DNA of 64,000 nucleotides from Octopus vulgaris (taxonomy: Eukaryota). The stretch is from contig OX597829.1 in assembly GCA_951406725.2 (NCBI GenBank), positions 32,178,001-32,242,000 on the forward strand, in the 5' to 3' direction. The number at the start of each line of letters is the position of its first letter. Within the stretch, counting starts at the first letter, position 1. Shown here in pieces: positions 11,697 to 24,175 of this stretch. The translations under genes were made by a program, and so were the position numbers. The notes beneath the pieces are model-generated. The model had not been told where the DNA came from and did no database searches. It saw only the letters and a program-made list of their open reading frames with translations.

Positions 11697-13599
11697 CTTT
11701 TTTTTTTTTAAATAAGAAATAGATAAGTTTTGTTACTTTGTTGTTGATATGTATCAGTCTTTTCTTTTTATAAATAAGACTGGGGAAAGACTCAAAGCTG
11801 TTATCTATATATATAATATAAATTAGATTAAACAAATAATAATAAGGTGAAGATAAAATCAAATGACATCGAAGCCGTGATATTTTGAACTCAAATAAAT
11901 GAATGCACTATAAAAAAAACAAAAAACAAATCTAGTCTGTTTGTTATTACTTTGAATTTCAATTATTGTTGCATCAACGAAGCATGTTACTTGCATGTGC
12001 GTGTATACGAAATCGATAAAAAATATATATAAGAAATCAATATTATACAAAATATGTTATATATATATAAAATATATCTTCGCTTTATCTTTTCATTTAT
12101 TCTTTTATTTTTCTTCTTCCTGTTATCGGTTCGTTCTGCTCTCCCTTCTTTACTTGCTTTCTCTTACACTTCCAAGTACACACGGACGCACGAATGTTTT
12201 GCGTATACTCACGCACTTTAACATACATACCACGTGTGTACAAAGTTCTCATTAGGAAGGTCTCAGCAAAAACAAAGCATGTGTGTGTGTGTTCAGTTGT
12301 ACAGCACAACGTTGTTTTGTTACTATACACTTTATTAGCTTTGTACATATTTACACCAAGTGCTCCTAATCATGTAAACGTTCTTCGTGGCATTTCCCCA
12401 CCTCACCCCGACTAATTAGCATGTAATCGTTCATCAACAAATTGCAATCTCTGATCCATAGATGTGCTATCATCTCCTTGCGGTGTTTTTCTTTACACCT
12501 ATGTAGCCTCGCCATCTCCAGTCGGGCTACTGACGACTCTTTTCTCTCGTCATTCATATGTATTCGTAAAACTCGGCCAATGTTTTGAAAGTAAATTTAT
12601 CCTCTACCCTCAGGAAATCTAAAACATTAACAACAGTCCCACTCACCCATCTATGCACACATGCAATCACAGTACTGCATTCGTAATTTGTGTACATACA
12701 TTTAGCTTGATCTTAGACAAAAGCTGAGAAGTGATATATGTATGTATGATTTTTCTGAGTTTTATGTAAGTTCTTAGGAGAATTCAAGCCAATCACTAAC
12801 AAAGCTACAAAACATTTTGAGTTATGAGAGTTCCCAGTATTTGTAAATATGTAGTTGAGTTGGTGTGTTGATTGCACTGTTGATGCACACGTGTGTGTGT
12901 GTGTGTGCATCAATTCACCTTTAGTGAATGTCGGGTTAACAATTTTTAGTGAAAAGGCACTAAAATAACGTCTGACTTTTTATAACAGCAGTAGTATAAT
13001 ACCTTGTAATGCAATAATAGACAGCATTCAGAAGGCTTAAAAGAACAGTAATTTTATTATAAGAGGAAATGACAGTAGCATTAAATCAAGGCTTGCTTGA
13101 CAGCATACAGGGTATAGCATTCAGTGGTATGATATAACAGTGTCCTAAGTGAATAAAAACAAGTTTGAGCTACTTGTTATGGGGTCACAAATCCAGAAGG
13201 TGTATGTAGCATAAATAACAGTAAGTAACACTTACTGTTACTGTATATCATAAAATGTGAAAAGGATAAATGTCCAAACAGTCCATAAATAGTTTAGTTC
13301 TAGAGTGTTTCTTCCTTCGATATTGTCCACATAATGGGGTTGAGCTCCAACAGTGACATGACAGGTTACATCTGACTTTCTTGGAGGCTTGGCTGGGCCT
13401 GATTTAAATTTTCCCACAACTTTGTAATAGGCAGCAGTGTGTATCTATGCATGAGGTAAAGCGGTGGGCTACACTAACCAAGTCACGCATAGATGGAAAA
13501 CATTTCTGCCAAGAGGGAATAGTGCTCCTACACACCTAAAGAATCTTGGAAAATCTTTGAAATGTCTTACAAATCTTCACTGTGCCACTAATAGATTGG

Positions 13600-14110
13600 A
13601 TTTGGAAAATCTGTGTCAGTTTCTTTTGCACTTTCTTAAAAAAACCTGGCCTTTATAGATTTTTTTTGTGTAAATTTGTTAGTACATCTATAATGGTGCA
13701 TCTATGATAATAGATACAAATAAGAATTTATAATCAAGGCACAAGAGTTGTAAGTTTCGCATAATTCACCGTAAATGTTGTACATTTGTACATTCATGTC
13801 TGTTGGACAGTTGACCACTTCAACAGTCCATGACTTTTTCTCCCTGTCCCACAGAACAATATCAGGTCTGTTATGTTTGCACTGAATTGTGGTTTTATTG
13901 GAGTGTTCCATCAGTATCTCTTGCTTTTAAAGGTGTGACATGCCTTTGATATATATACATCTGACATGCCTTTGATATATACATCAGAGCAGTCCTTCCT
14001 GCAGATAGTATTGTAAGTGGCTTTACACCTATATCATGCCTCAGCGGCAGGTAATATCTTATTGACATTTTGGAGGCAACTGTTGATGATATGGGTGAGA
14101 GGTTTGAGAT
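13600..14110 (-). mobile_element. Fragment of a restriction-like-endonuclease non-LTR retrotransposon (R4/NeSL/R2 group)
   Basis: KMSIRYYLPLRHD (RHD motif after the CCHC region) and KHNRPDIVLWDREKK...CPTD...YGEL (PD..D/ExK-type RLE). Confidence 0.75.
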
Positions 14111-14679
14111 TAACAAGCTCTGAAGAACAGACACTATTATACTAGTGATAGAAAACAGAGAGAGAGAGAAACAGCACACCTGTGGGCCAGAGTCTGAAGC
14201 ATGTCTGTTAGTGATTTAATGGAATTAGTTGAGTAGCCCTCCTCTAGATACAGTCCAGGATGTCTATGCATGTAGCAACAGCACTGTGTCAGATGTGGGA
14301 GTAATGCTTCATTGTCACTTTCAATAGAGTTTGGTTGAGAGTCAGCATTTGGTCTTAAGGAAAAGGGCCAGTGGGGTTGGACACAACAAGGGTAACAAAA
14401 GCTGTAAAGAGACAACTGGGTTGGGAGTGCTTAAATGAAAAAAGTATAAGATGAAACAGCTCTGAAGGACAGATATTATACAAATGGTAGAAAAGTGAAA
14501 GAGAGACAAACAACAAACCTGTGACCAGAGACTGGAGTATGTCTGCATACTTCCTCCTAATTATGAAGAATGTGACACAGATTGTTAAATTTAAAAGGAG
14601 AGAAAGAAGAAAAAAACTTTCTCACAAAATAAAAGGGACTACTTCAAACTTTCTCCTCAACTGCAGCTTCTTTCAGGTT

Positions 14680-15295
14680 ATCACTCATCATCAGACTCAC
14701 TCTCTCCACTCTGTTCAGTTTGCCATTGTATGAAGTAGGTCTTCTCGGGTGCACTCAGAGTCCTTACACAGTTGTTTTATGTAGGTTCAATCTGGTCTAT
14801 GAATATTTGCTCCCAAAGAAGAACACCACTGATGATCCCATCCTTTGCTCTCCAGCAATATCCAACAAATCTTGTTCTTCTTTGATGACACATGATATTG
14901 ATTGTATATTACCAAATAGTTCTTTTGTAGTGTGTTGTCTCAAGATGTCCAGAACAGTCTGAAGCATTCTTTTATAAGTTTTATCAATTTTCTTAACAAC
15001 ATCTTTTTTTTTGGAACTGAATGCACAACCACTTCAAAGAAATTATGTTTCAAATTTAATGGTAGGTTTCTAGATTCTTTTGCTCTTTTACTTGTTTCAG
15101 CCATTTGACTGTAGCCATGCTGGAGCACTGCCTTTAGTCGAGCAAATCAACCCCAGGACCTATTCTTTGTAATCCTAGTACTTATTCTATCAGTCTCTTT
15201 TGCCGAACCGCTAAGTAACAGGGACGTAAACACACCAGCATCAGTTGTCAAGCGATGTTGGGGGGACAAACACAGACACACAAACATATACACAC

Positions 15296-15326
<31 letters not shown>

Positions 15327-18300
15327 CAACGGGCTTCTTTCAGTTTCCGTTTACCAAATCCACTCAGAAGCCTTTGGTCGGCCCGAGGCTATAGTAGAAG
15401 ACACTTGCCCATGGTGCCACACAGTGGGACTGAACCTGGAACCATGTGGTTGGTAAGACTGTTTATAAATTTATTTAAAGCTTCCCAGGCTTTGCCAATT
15501 TGAACATGAACATCACTTGCACACAGATCTTCCTTTATGATTTTACTTCAAGGTATTTAAATTCAAAATTTTCAAGGATTTTCCAGATGTTGAGTTAATG
15601 TTGCCACTCTGGTTGTACATCATATATTGTCTTGCCTGAGTTAATGTAGAGACCAACACCATTAGCAGCACTTCCAAGGTTGTGCAAGAGAGACGCAACA
15701 TCATGAACTTCATCTGCTCGTAGCACCAAGTTATCAGCATAGTCAACATCTTTGATGGTAACAGTTGGAAAGTATCTGCTTTTCACTGGTTGAAGAGTGA
15801 ATATTTTGTCCATCTCATCTATAGTGCTGAGTAGAACATAATCTAGACATATAATGAACAATGTAATGCCAATGTGTTACCCTGGAGAATATCAGCCACT
15901 ATGTCAAAGAACTCTGTGTTACCATCTGGAGAATGGATGGGATTGAGTAGTTCTATACAACATCATGATGACATTGACAGTTTTGTTTTGGATACTGTAT
16001 GCAAGAAGTATTTCTTCCATTTTCCCTCTGTGTATCAAGTCAAAGGCCTTAGAAAAGTCAACAAATTGCTTTCAGGTTCCTCACATGAACTCCTTCAATA
16101 CCTGTTTGGACTGTAAGAATCTGGGTAAATGTTGATCTATTTCTTCGAAAGCCATTCTGATTTTCCCTCAAGATTTTTTTCAATCCCCGGTTGCATACAA
16201 TTGAGTAGCATGGCATTGTAAACTTTAGCAGATATAGCAGTGAGAGTATTCTCACCTCTGTAGTTTTTGGTGACATCAAGATCTCCCTTCTTTGGAAACA
16301 GGAGTGTGCGTCTTTTACTCCATTTCTCTATATCAGGGGTCACCAAACTACAGCCTGTAGGCCAGATCTGTCCCGCAAGGTCAATTCATCTGGCTCACTG
16401 CCACACTGTACCTTTTCTGTAAGTACCTGCTTTGAGAGTTAATTCCTGTGGTGATCATCTTTTAACTTGCATTGCCGTGTTTAAGCATTTTCTTGGAGAA
16501 TGTTTGCTGAAAATGAATCTGTCACTTGTACAAGTTACAAAATAGTGCATAAGACAGCATAGCAAGGAAAATCATTTACTGATGGCAACTTCATCAAAGA
16601 GTGTATGATGGGAGCAGCAAATGACTTGTGTCCTGAGAAAGCCAATTTGTTTGGAAGTATCAGCCTTTCAGCAAGTTGAGTTGTTCAGAGAACAGAACCT
16701 GGAGAGAACATAGTGCTACAGACACATGAAAAAGCTAGGAACATTTTGTGGTATTCTCTAGAGCTGCATGAATCTGCTGATCTCTTGAGTATGTCATAAC
16801 TTCTCATGTTCATTCATGGTGTTAATTTGGGGCTTTCAGATCACAGAAGAGTTGGCATCCATTTGCAGCATGCATGGAACAACAACTGGAGAAGACATTT
16901 TCAATGAAGTGCAGAAAACTTTTCAATGCCATAACCTTCAGTGGAATTATCTTTGATGTGTTACAGTTGATGGAAGGCAAAAACATGGCTAGAATGAGGA
17001 AGGGTCTGGTGGGGAAAATCAGGACTAAATTGGAAGATCTTCAACTCCTGAGTGCTCTGTTTATATATCAGCAAACACTCCACGTTATATATTAGTAAGC
17101 ACTCTGTGGAAAAGACTTAGACATCTCTTGCATACTGAAACCAGTTGTTTCTGCAGTGAACTTCATTTGGAGTTATGTACTTAATCATCCAGGCTTTTCT
17201 TGAAGAAATTGATTCTGAATTCTGTGGTTTGCCTTATCACATCGCAGTGAGGTGGCTGAGCTGCAGTAAAGTCTTGTTTCATTTTTATAAGCTCTAAAGA
17301 GAAATAGAGACTTTTCTCAACTGAAAAGGATAGAGCTGATCCACTTCTGTCAGACCCTACCTGGCTGTCAAAGTTGTCATTTTTGGTTGGCATCACATCC
17401 AACATGAATTAATTGAACTTGAAACTTCAGGGAAAAGATAACATTATTTATAATCTCTAAAGAATCACCAAAGGATTTTGGAGAAAGCTAGCATTGTTTG
17501 AAGCACAATTAGAAGGAAGAAACTTCTCTCATTTCCAGTGTTTCAAAGAGTTTCACACTGGAATCACAGACGAGAGCAACTTGAGTTTCATGACTTAAAT
17601 AATCAGCTTTTGCAGAGCTTTTCAGATCTCGACAGAATTGAAAGTGATATTCTGTTTCAGAATCCATTTGATTGTAACCTTGATGACATGCCAGTCGAAC
17701 TACAGTTGATGCTCATTGATTTGCAAGCAAATAACATGTTGAAAGAGAAGAATTGGAGAAGGAAGACTTGTAGAATCTTATTGCTGCTTACCTGATGATT
17801 AATTTTCAAAGGTGAAGAAATTTGCCTCTGGTATGGCATCAGTTATGTGGCCCAAGTTTGATTACCCCTGCTCTATATGGTTTTGATGGTATGTAGCATT
17901 ACAGAGCTGAAGAAGAATATCATTAAATTCTCCTGTTTTCCAAACTTCAGGTGGGATTTCATCCAAACCAGCTGCCTCTCTGTTCTTTAATGGTTTTAGG
18001 ACTGCTTCCAGTTCATCTACAGAAAACTCCCCAAGCAGTATGTTGTGATAATGATGAACGATCTTTTTAATTTCAAAGTTAGTAATTTCAGGAGGTTTAC
18101 CAAATATGTCTTTAAGGCAGCAACTTCACTTTGAGTTGTTCAACTTCACTTTCTGCTTTCAGTTTAGATTTTGAGCAGCTCTTTCTTCTGCTTTCTTTCT
18201 TTACAATATTCCAGGCCATAGATGGTTGTTTACTGTCAATGGAAACTTTGACATTGTTAATTTGTTTTTGTATATAAAGATCTTGCTCTTTATGATGTTC

Positions 18301-18900
18301 CATGGCTAATTTATTCCCTACTTTAGTTAACTGCTTTAGGTTTGATCATGTAGGGTTTGTTCTTTTCCAATTAGAAATCTCTCTGCATGTTTCTCTCTTT
18401 TTAATAACAGCTGCAGTTTCTCAGGGAACTCAACGTTTAACTTTTGGTTTCAGAGGGATATACTCATCCTCTGCTTGCTTTTGTGCAGCAACAAAATTTT
18501 CCTACTCTATGTTGGGAGTGATGATGGTTTCAGAAGTATTTTGTAGGGCTTCATATTTGTTTCTTAATGTAATTACAAATTGATCGCATATATCAGGATT
18601 TGCTAGAGATAGCACTTACATTTGGTTTCAGGCTTTTTGTTTGATCTTAGACTGAGATGAATTTTAGCTGGTATTATCCTGTGGTTAGAGGAAACATTAT
18701 CAAATGTATCAAATGTGATGCAGTTCATGTTTGTCCATTTTTTGTCTAGGAATATATAGTCTAATTTTGCTTTTGTAGCATTTGGGTATGTTAGTGTCCA
18801 CTGCTTGCCAGCTTGCTTTTGATATCTTGTGTTAAGACAGATGAGACCATTTCCAGATATGGATTCATGCAGATATTCTCTATTTCAATTTGTATTCATC
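14680..18900 (-). mobile_element. Degenerate RTE-clade LINE ORF2 (APE endonuclease + RT) hosting a SINE (15077-15458) and a hAT element (16334-17870)
   Basis: Motifs in order on the minus strand: YPNATKAKLDYIF (endonuclease), AAGLDEIPPEVWK, KKGDL..NYRG, ENQNGFRRNRST, LQGNTLA, DYADNL, and C-terminal TYIKQLCKDS..EWRE. Confidence 0.88.
16334..17870 (+). mobile_element. Internally deleted hAT transposon (Buster/Charlie/SPIN, GTF2IRD2-like transposase) with TIRs and 8-bp TSD
   Basis: Ends CAGGGGTCACCAAACT... and ...AAGTTTGATTACCCCTG. Perfect TSD CTCTATAT at 16326-16333 and 17871-17878. Broken transposase motifs FTDGNFIKECM, MHGTTTGEDIF, YHIAVRWLS and LNLKLQGK. Confidence 0.93.
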
Positions 18901-20423
18901 CTTTGCAAGGTAAGCATACATAATCCCAGTGGGACTACCATGTGGGTAGGAAGCAAGCTTCTTACCACACAGCCATGCCTGCTAATCTTTTGTTAGATGA
19001 AAATTCCATTTGCATTATTTGACCAATTCTAGAGAAACAAGTAGCCAGTCTGTTTATATACACAGCAATTGCAGCAGCCTCAGAGAACTGGGGTAACTAA
19101 TTTGCCTATTATATGTATTTAACAGTTTATTTTATATATCAGCAGCCTGTTGATGGGGATCTCTGTCCACACAATATCATGATATGACATAATATATGTA
19201 AACTTACATAGCAGACATATCTCTTTTATCTTTTACTTGTTTCCATCAGTAGAATTTGCGGCCATGCTACAGCACTGTGTTGAAGAATTTTTAGTTGAAT
19301 GAATCAATCCCAGTACTTTGTTTTTTTTCTTTTTAAGCTTGGTGCTTATTCTATTGATCAGCTCAAGGCTGTAGTGGAAGACATTTGCCCAAGGTGCCAT
19401 GCTGTAGGACTAAACCCAGAACCATGTGGTTGAGAAGCAAGCTTCTTATTGCACAGTCATGATATATCATCATCAGCAGCAGCAACAGCAGCAGCAGCAT
19501 TTTAATGTACAGTTTTTCATCCTTACATAGGTTTAATGGAGTTTACTGAAGCAAATTTTCAATGACCAGACACCCTTTCTGTTGCCAGTCTTCACCTGTT
19601 TCCAAGCAAGGTAATATTTCTCTATGGCCAGACATGCACTTGTTGAGTATTGGAAAGGAATGACATTGCTTGTATGAGAGTGACACTCAAACATAAACAT
19701 ATGCACACACACACACAGTACACAGTACATTGAGCTTCCTTCAGTTTCTTTCTATAAAATCCATTCACAATGCTTTGGTTGGTTTAGGGCTATAGTTGAA
19801 CACAATTGTCCAAGGTGCTACACAGTGGGTTTGAACCTGAAACCATGTACTTGCAAAGCAAACTTCTTAACCATATATACCAATGTGTGAGTGTATATGT
19901 GAGTGTATGTGTGTGTGTGTGTGTGTGGCAACGGATATTGATTTGTTTGCATCCCTGTAATGTAGCAGTTCACCAACCAGAGAATGATAAAAATCAGGAC
20001 CGAACATAAAATAAATAGTAAGTTAATTTGATCTGCTAAATCCTTCAATGAGGTGCTCCAGCATGACTACATCCAATGACTACTGTACAAAGAAACAAGT
20101 AAAAGAATAAAATAATATCAAATTCACTTTATTCTTCTCTTGATAAAATTTTATCAGCATTGCAAGATAATAAGACCGCATCGACAACTTAACAGTTTTT
20201 ACCATAGCTTTTCTTATCTTGGTTGCTATCATATCTGCCTGTTCTCTATTTTCTTCTCTCTCTCTCTCTCTCTCTCATCTCCCACACTCTCTCTCTTTCC
20301 CAATCTGTCGCCTGTGCTCTCTCTAATATATATCTACATATATATTCTTGTGTATGTAGGTGTGTTAAATTAAGCTAGTTTACGAACAACAATGGAATAT
20401 TTACTCATAGGCTGATTAAACTC

Positions 20424-20644
20424 TGGTTTCAAATTTTGGCCCAAGGCCAGAAATTTCGAGGCAGGGGTTATGTTGATTACATTGCCCCCCCCCCCCCCAG
20501 TGTTCAACAGGTGCTTATTTTATTGACCCCAAACAGATGAAAGGCAATGTTGACCTTGGCAGAATTTGAACTCAGAATGTAAAGGGGACGAAATGCCACC
20601 AAGCATTTTGCCTGGTGTGTTAACAATTCTGCTAGCTTGCCACT
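20424..20644 (-). mobile_element. SINE with Meta-domain-like segment (reverse copy of the 28492-28726 family)
   Basis: GATGAAAGGCAATGTTGACCTTGGCAGAATTTGAACTCAGAA. Other degraded copies lie at ~10488-10660(-), 10750-10850(-), 11120-11185(-), 37413-37725(+) and 50330-50510(+). Confidence 0.75.
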
Positions 20645-20729
20645 TTAGGATGATTAAATATTTAGAGTCAAATTAATCATTAAGTTTCACTTACTGGCTT
20701 ATTCAACCAGTTGAATGAATGTATGTATA

Positions 20730-20768
<39 letters not shown>

Positions 20769-22023
20769 GTGAGTGTGTGTGTGTACAAGTGTGTGAGTGT
20801 GTGTGTGTACAAGTGTGTGAGTGTGTGTGTGAGTGAATGTGTGTATCTGTATGTGTAAGAGTGTGTGCATGTGTGTGTGTGTGTGTGAGTGTGCATGTGT
20901 GAGAATGTGTGTGTTTGTGTACGTGTGAGTGAGTGTGTGTTGTGTGTGTGTGTGATCATTTGTTAGTGTCTGAAATATTTTCTGGTCCTGAAGAAAAGGG
21001 CCCGGTTTGGGAATGAGCTACGAACTATGTTAATGATGTATTATCACCAAGTGAGATCTTATATAATAGTAATTTTGAGTGTCTGTCAGGGCAATAGCTG
21101 AGTGCTACTCTGATTTAGGGATGTTGTGTGGTGGTGGTGGTGGTGTTCGTTTGATAGGAGTAGCACTTGAGCATTTTTGTTATTAAAAAGAGATGAGGTT
21201 GGCACGGTCCTACTAGCGGATGCTCCAAGGTCTCAGTTTATAGAATCAATACAGATTTAGTATGTGATGTCAAAGCTTTGTGTGGATAATGCACAGTTGG
21301 AGAAGGTTAGGGTGGAATGAACTGTGCTATGGTGTATGTAGCAAATGTAGGTCACTGACGCACAGAAGGAGACAAGTAGAAGAAAATTGAACCCTGAAGT
21401 AGACCAAAACTGACTGAGTATGTGAAGAACTTCTTGAAGCCCACATGCAAGAAGTTTTGATAGGGTATTTGTATGCTAGACACAGTTCAAGGCTTTGCTG
21501 ATGTCTACAATAACAACATTGCTTCATTAAACTTTTCTAAATCTAGCGCCTGTTGGTGAGTGACATGAGAATAGGTCTCCTCCAGAATGCATTTCAAAAA
21601 TATATAGGTGCAGGCATAGCTATGGGGTTAATAAGCTTGCTTCCCAACCATACAGTCTTGAGTTTAGTTCCACTGCACAGCACCTTGGGCCAACCAATGC
21701 CTTATAAATGGATCCGATGATCAGTTGCAGGGGTGGCTGTGTGGTAAGTATTTTACTTACCAACCACATGGATCTGGGTTCAGTCCCACTGCATGGTACA
21801 TTTGGTAAGTGTCTTCTCCTATAGCCTCAGGCTGACCAAATCCTTGTGAGTGGATTTGGTAGACGGAAACTGAAGGAAGCCTGATGTATATGTGTATGTG
21901 TGTGTCTCCATAACTTAGTGGTTTGGCATAAGAGACTGATAGAATAAGTCCTGGGGTAAATTTGTTTGACTAAAGGCGGTACTCCAGCATAGCTGCAGTC
22001 AAATATCTGAAACAAGTAAAAGA

Positions 22024-22149
22024 ATCTCCGAAGAGGCCTTATGATATTTTGTAAATGTCTCATTTATATCTATATATTGACCTACCATAAAGGGCTAATA
22101 TTGGTAAAATGAGACATACTTATCTACATGGCCGAAACAGCTGTAAGAT
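22024..22149 (+). ncRNA. Hammerhead-ribozyme-like motif (type I, long stem II insert), Penelope pLTR-type
   Basis: ATCT-CCGAAGA-GGCC-(~90 nt with internal hairpin ATGTCTCATTT/AAATGAGACAT)-GGCC-GAAAC-AGCT-GTA-AGAT. Stem I is ATCT/AGAT, stem III has a palindromic loop, the cleavage triplet is GUA, and the core differs from CUGANGA at one position. Confidence 0.6.
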
Positions 22150-22718
22150 GTAATCTATACTTATATTTATATTTACTTATATTTATATTCTCTTTTATAT
22201 ATATTCTACTTATTATACAACATTACTTTTTTATGTACATTCATTTATGTACACTGATTTGTTCTGCTTTTATATCTAACCCTACAGTCTCTTATGTGGT
22301 TGTTTAATAAAGTATGTGATTGAGTATTATCTGGTAATTGATATTTGATTTAGATGTATTTCTCCATTTTCTTATCTTGTATATATATATATATATATAT
22401 ACATATAGTGGATAAAAAGTTCAAATCAGGTAGACTACGATTAACACATATGGGTTTAGTTAAGATAAAATAAGAATTGTCCAGACTGAAACATATATTG
22501 ATATATTACAGATATAAAAATATAGGAATATAAAAATATATGAATACTAAAAATATTCATGGACATATAGATATATAAACATAATGATAATAGGATATGG
22601 ATAAAAATAATAATGGAATATAAATAAAAGACGTTTTTAAAAAAATTAAAATAAAGTATAAAGAAAGTGACAAGCATTAAAAAGAGTTTTGAATTACATG
22701 TTAGAAGAAAATATAGTG

Positions 22719-22806
22719 TTCCAACAATTGTTTCTGGAGTTCATTCATCCGAATTATAGATGAATCTTAAGATTTATTTCCAGAGAATACTCCCTTCATC
22801 AGGGAA
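22719..22806 (-). ncRNA. Second hammerhead-ribozyme-like motif, opposite orientation
   Basis: The minus strand reads TTCC-CTGATGA-AG-GGAGT-(insert with ATTCATC/GATGAAT hairpin)-ACTCC-A-GAAAC-AATT-GTT-GGAA. Stem I is TTCC/GGAA and the stem III loop is palindromic AATT. Confidence 0.6.
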
Positions 22807-22959
22807 AAATTATGTTTATGCTAGATATGCATTCAGTTCTTTACAAAGGTATAAGAAAATTGGATGCCTTTACGAAAGAGCAGACATAGCTATGCAAATT
22901 GTGGAAGTTTTTACAAGGGCTGATGGGAGTAAAATTGCTCTATTGTGTACTTCTCATAG

Positions 22960-24110
22960 ATTACAATAATAGAAAAACAAATTTTAGGCATTTCTACCAA
23001 AAACATTCCTATACTATTCAGGGACACATATATGGAATTCCTTCTACATGAGACTACTAAATTCATAAACAGATTAAGATGGACAGCTTTCTTTTACAAT
23101 GCTAAATTCAAACAACCTAATGAAAAGGACAATTATAATTTAAAATCATACAAAAAAACCCTCCTTCAAACCTAGCATTGGTTAATTTTGAAAAAAAATT
23201 TAATGCACCCCATAAAAACCTTAAAGTTCTCTAAGTACACCAACTCCTTGTAGAAAATGCTCTCAGGAATTCAAAGATAAAACGATCACCTAATCTACAT
23301 GTGTTCTCTGATAAAACAGGCAACACTTACTTACTGCCTTGTGATATCTATGATAAAATTATTTTGAAGTTTACCAACTATAAACATGCAAAGGATACAG
23401 CACTCAAGTATAATAGTAAAATACACTATAAACTTATCTCAAATTTGAACTTACAAGACAGAACTGAACTATATGTACCAAGAACCCCCCACTTTACGTT
23501 AAAAGATCATAAAACTAACTTCTGTTCGAAACCTACGAAATCTCATTTGGGATAAATATGCAAATGCATATTGGACAGAATAATGCCAGTGGTCAAAGAT
23601 AATGTTTAACTCCCTCTATGGAACTCAACTGGGGATGTAATAATATGGTTCCATTGCCTCCCAAATAAGAAACATGCTTGTTTTATACAATTTGACATTT
23701 TGAACTATTATGCCACTATTTTTCCAATAGTATTGAACAAGGCATTGATATCTGCCCATGATTTTGCTAACATCCCTCAATCAAATATTGACATTATTTT
23801 GACAGCGAGAAAATCCTTAAATTTAGGACCATAATTGGATTAGAAGTGACTCGAGAATCTACTTCAACATCACTATGGGTTCGTCAGATTCAGCCCAGCT
23901 GACAGACCTTGTGGGCCCGTATCTCCTGTCTCAAATTAAGAAAAAGTTTCCAAAAGTCTCTGGTGGGCTTTATAGGGATGACACACTCTTGGCAGTAAAT
24001 GGTTTATCTTAACCAGAGATTGAGAGAATTAAGAAGGCATTAAGAAAATTTGTTTCGAATTTTTTAAATTTCAATATTATATTTGAGACTAATTTCAATA
24101 TCGTATTTGA
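22960..24110 (+). mobile_element. Degenerate Penelope-like element reverse transcriptase (Naiad/Hydra-like motif set)
   Basis: Motifs STKNIP, KFINRLRWTAFFY, SDKTGNTY, HFTLKDHK, FIQFDILNYY, FNITMGSSDSAQLTDLVG and GLYRDD, with many stops and frameshifts. Truncated shortly after the YRDD motif. Confidence 0.85.
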
Positions 24111-24134
24111 GAATTGTGTGTTGTTCTCCCGCTG

Positions 24135-24137
24135 GTG

Positions 24138-24175
<38 letters not shown>
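24135..24175 (-). pseudogene. 41-bp 28S (LSU) rRNA fragment
   Basis: The reverse complement TAGCTGGTTCCCTCCGAAGTTTCCCTCAGGATAGCTGGCAC is a conserved eukaryotic LSU segment. It includes the LR5 primer sequence TCCTGAGGGAAACTTCG at 24145-24161. It is not a functional rRNA gene. Confidence 0.88.

Noticed and set aside
12366-12557. 63-aa minus-strand ORF upstream of AtuA with faint resemblance to Cys-containing small mitochondrial proteins (EM..L..RDC...KC.EER.HD)
   Set aside because: The Cys spacing does not fit a twin CX9C pattern, there is no splice or homology support, and it is likely chance. A BLASTP search would settle it.
24135-24175. rRNA gene
   Set aside because: Only ~41 bp match, with no flanking rDNA; reported as a fragment instead.
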